Assembly: GCA_964522265.1 (NCBI GenBank)
Contig: CAZFVS010000001.1
Location: forward strand, 50,605-82,604
DNA from: an uncultured Gammaproteobacteria bacterium
Lineage (GTDB): Bacteria; Patescibacteriota; Microgenomatia; Daviesbacterales; UBA10151
Length of the DNA stretch: 32,000 bases
Direction of reading: 5' to 3'
The notes beneath the pieces were generated by a model. The model worked only from the letters and a program-made list of their open reading frames with translations. It was not told the origin of the DNA and made no database searches. The position numbers and the translations under genes are program-made. This document shows, piece after piece, positions 31,517 to 32,000 of the stretch (positions are counted from its first letter, which is position 1; the number at the start of each line of letters is the position of its first letter).

Positions 31517-32000
31517 TTATAACACAGAGAGATAGTATTTAACAGTCTCTTTGATTGCTTTTTCGTGATTTGTAAATTTGAATTTTGGAAATAATTTTCT
31601 AAATTCTTTATCATCTAATACTTTTTTATAAGCTCCGTCAGGATAAGCGGCATTAAAGTATAATTCTCCTGCATATTCAAGAGTTTTTGCTATTGTTTGA
31701 GCAGATTCGGCAATAGTGTACCCTTTATTTTGAGCGATATTAACAGGATATATCAACTCATTAATTTCTATTCCTTTCAAAAGAATTTTAACAATATCAT
31801 CAATATACCCCCATTCTCTGATTGGTTTACCGCTACCCCAGATTTCAAATTTGTTATCACCACGCCTTTTGGTGTTAATCATCCTAATTATTAAACCACC
31901 CAGAGCATGTACTTTTTTAGGGTCCGTTTCATCACCAGGGCCGAAATAAGTAGGCATAATAAAATGTACTGACTTTATTCTATATTGTTGTTTATAGCGA
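31517..32000 (-). CDS. GDP-L-fucose-synthase-like SDR, C-terminal ~160 codons (gene continues past the window end)
   Basis: The ORF-track ATG at 31957 is internal. My reading of the same frame stays open to base 32000 (...RYKQQYRIKSVHFIMPTYFGPGD...), matching the Fcl-type xxYxxQYxxxxxxxxPTNLYGPxD block. IWGSGKPIREWGYIDDIV also fits. Confidence 0.7.
   Translation of the reverse strand, partial: RYKQQYRIKSVHFIMPTYFGPGDETDPKKVHALGGLIIRMINTKRRGDNKFEIWGSGKPIREWGYIDDIVKILLKGIEINELIYPVNIAQNKGYTIAESAQTIAKTLEYAGELYFNAAYPDGAYKKVLDDKEFRKLFPKFKFTNHEKAIKETVKYYLSVL

Noticed and set aside
1-32000. Mobile elements, CRISPR arrays, tRNA/rRNA/ncRNA genes, defence-system genes, alternative genetic code
   Set aside because: No transposase, integrase or recombinase-like ORF is present. 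There are no spaced direct repeats. No intergenic gap exceeds 174 nt apart from the pseudogene region. No nuclease, helicase or toxin-like proteins were seen. TGA clearly terminates genes at several ATGA/TGATG coupled junctions, so UGA is not recoded.

Overview
The whole window is one AT-rich, very compact surface-glycan (O-antigen, capsule or S-layer-glycan type) biosynthesis and export locus. It holds 33 protein-coding genes: 30 on the minus strand and a 3-gene plus-strand island at 15969-19208. Both edge genes are cut by the window. There are also 2 decayed gene remnants. I found no rRNA, tRNA, CRISPR, transposase or integrase. TGA is used as a stop at many coupled ATGA junctions, so the standard bacterial code applies.

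Modules from left to right:
(1) 1-9445: an 11-gene translationally coupled operon. It encodes a Gmd-like 4,6-dehydratase, a PDH-type E1 alpha/beta pair, a split transketolase, two atypical Fcl-like SDR paralogs, a small helical protein, an aldo/keto reductase with a ParB/Srx-like C-terminal domain, a TylF-type methyltransferase and an RmlC-like epimerase.
(2) 9490-15794: FkbM and class I methyltransferases, a Wzm/Wzt ABC exporter whose Wzt carries a C-terminal glycan-binding-type domain, and a GT4.
(3) 15969-21398: two RfbH/ColD-type (His-for-Lys) sugar 3-dehydrases in inverted orientation, with GT-B, CgeB-like and SDR genes.
(4) 21486-25408: an uncharacterised GT-B-like protein, a 600-aa polytopic GT-C-like membrane protein and a Trm112-ribbon protein.
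(5) 25405-32000: a WbpB/WbpE/WbpD-like 3-acetamido-sugar module, two GT2 genes and three SDR genes.

The best candidate for new biology is module 1 together with the 3-dehydrases. Two different ThDP-dependent C-C bond-forming heterodimers sit inside a deoxysugar operon, which predicts a C-branched and/or chain-extended deoxysugar pathway. I cannot match it to any characterised pathway.

Secondary signals are rearrangement scars, namely an AKR pseudogene with a G9 frameshift and a glycosyltransferase 5' fragment, and a C8 tract inside an intact GT2 gene.

All functional calls come from motif recognition by eye; no database search was run. Several ORF-track starts are TTG/GTG-extended, and I trimmed them to the first ATG where junction geometry supports it.
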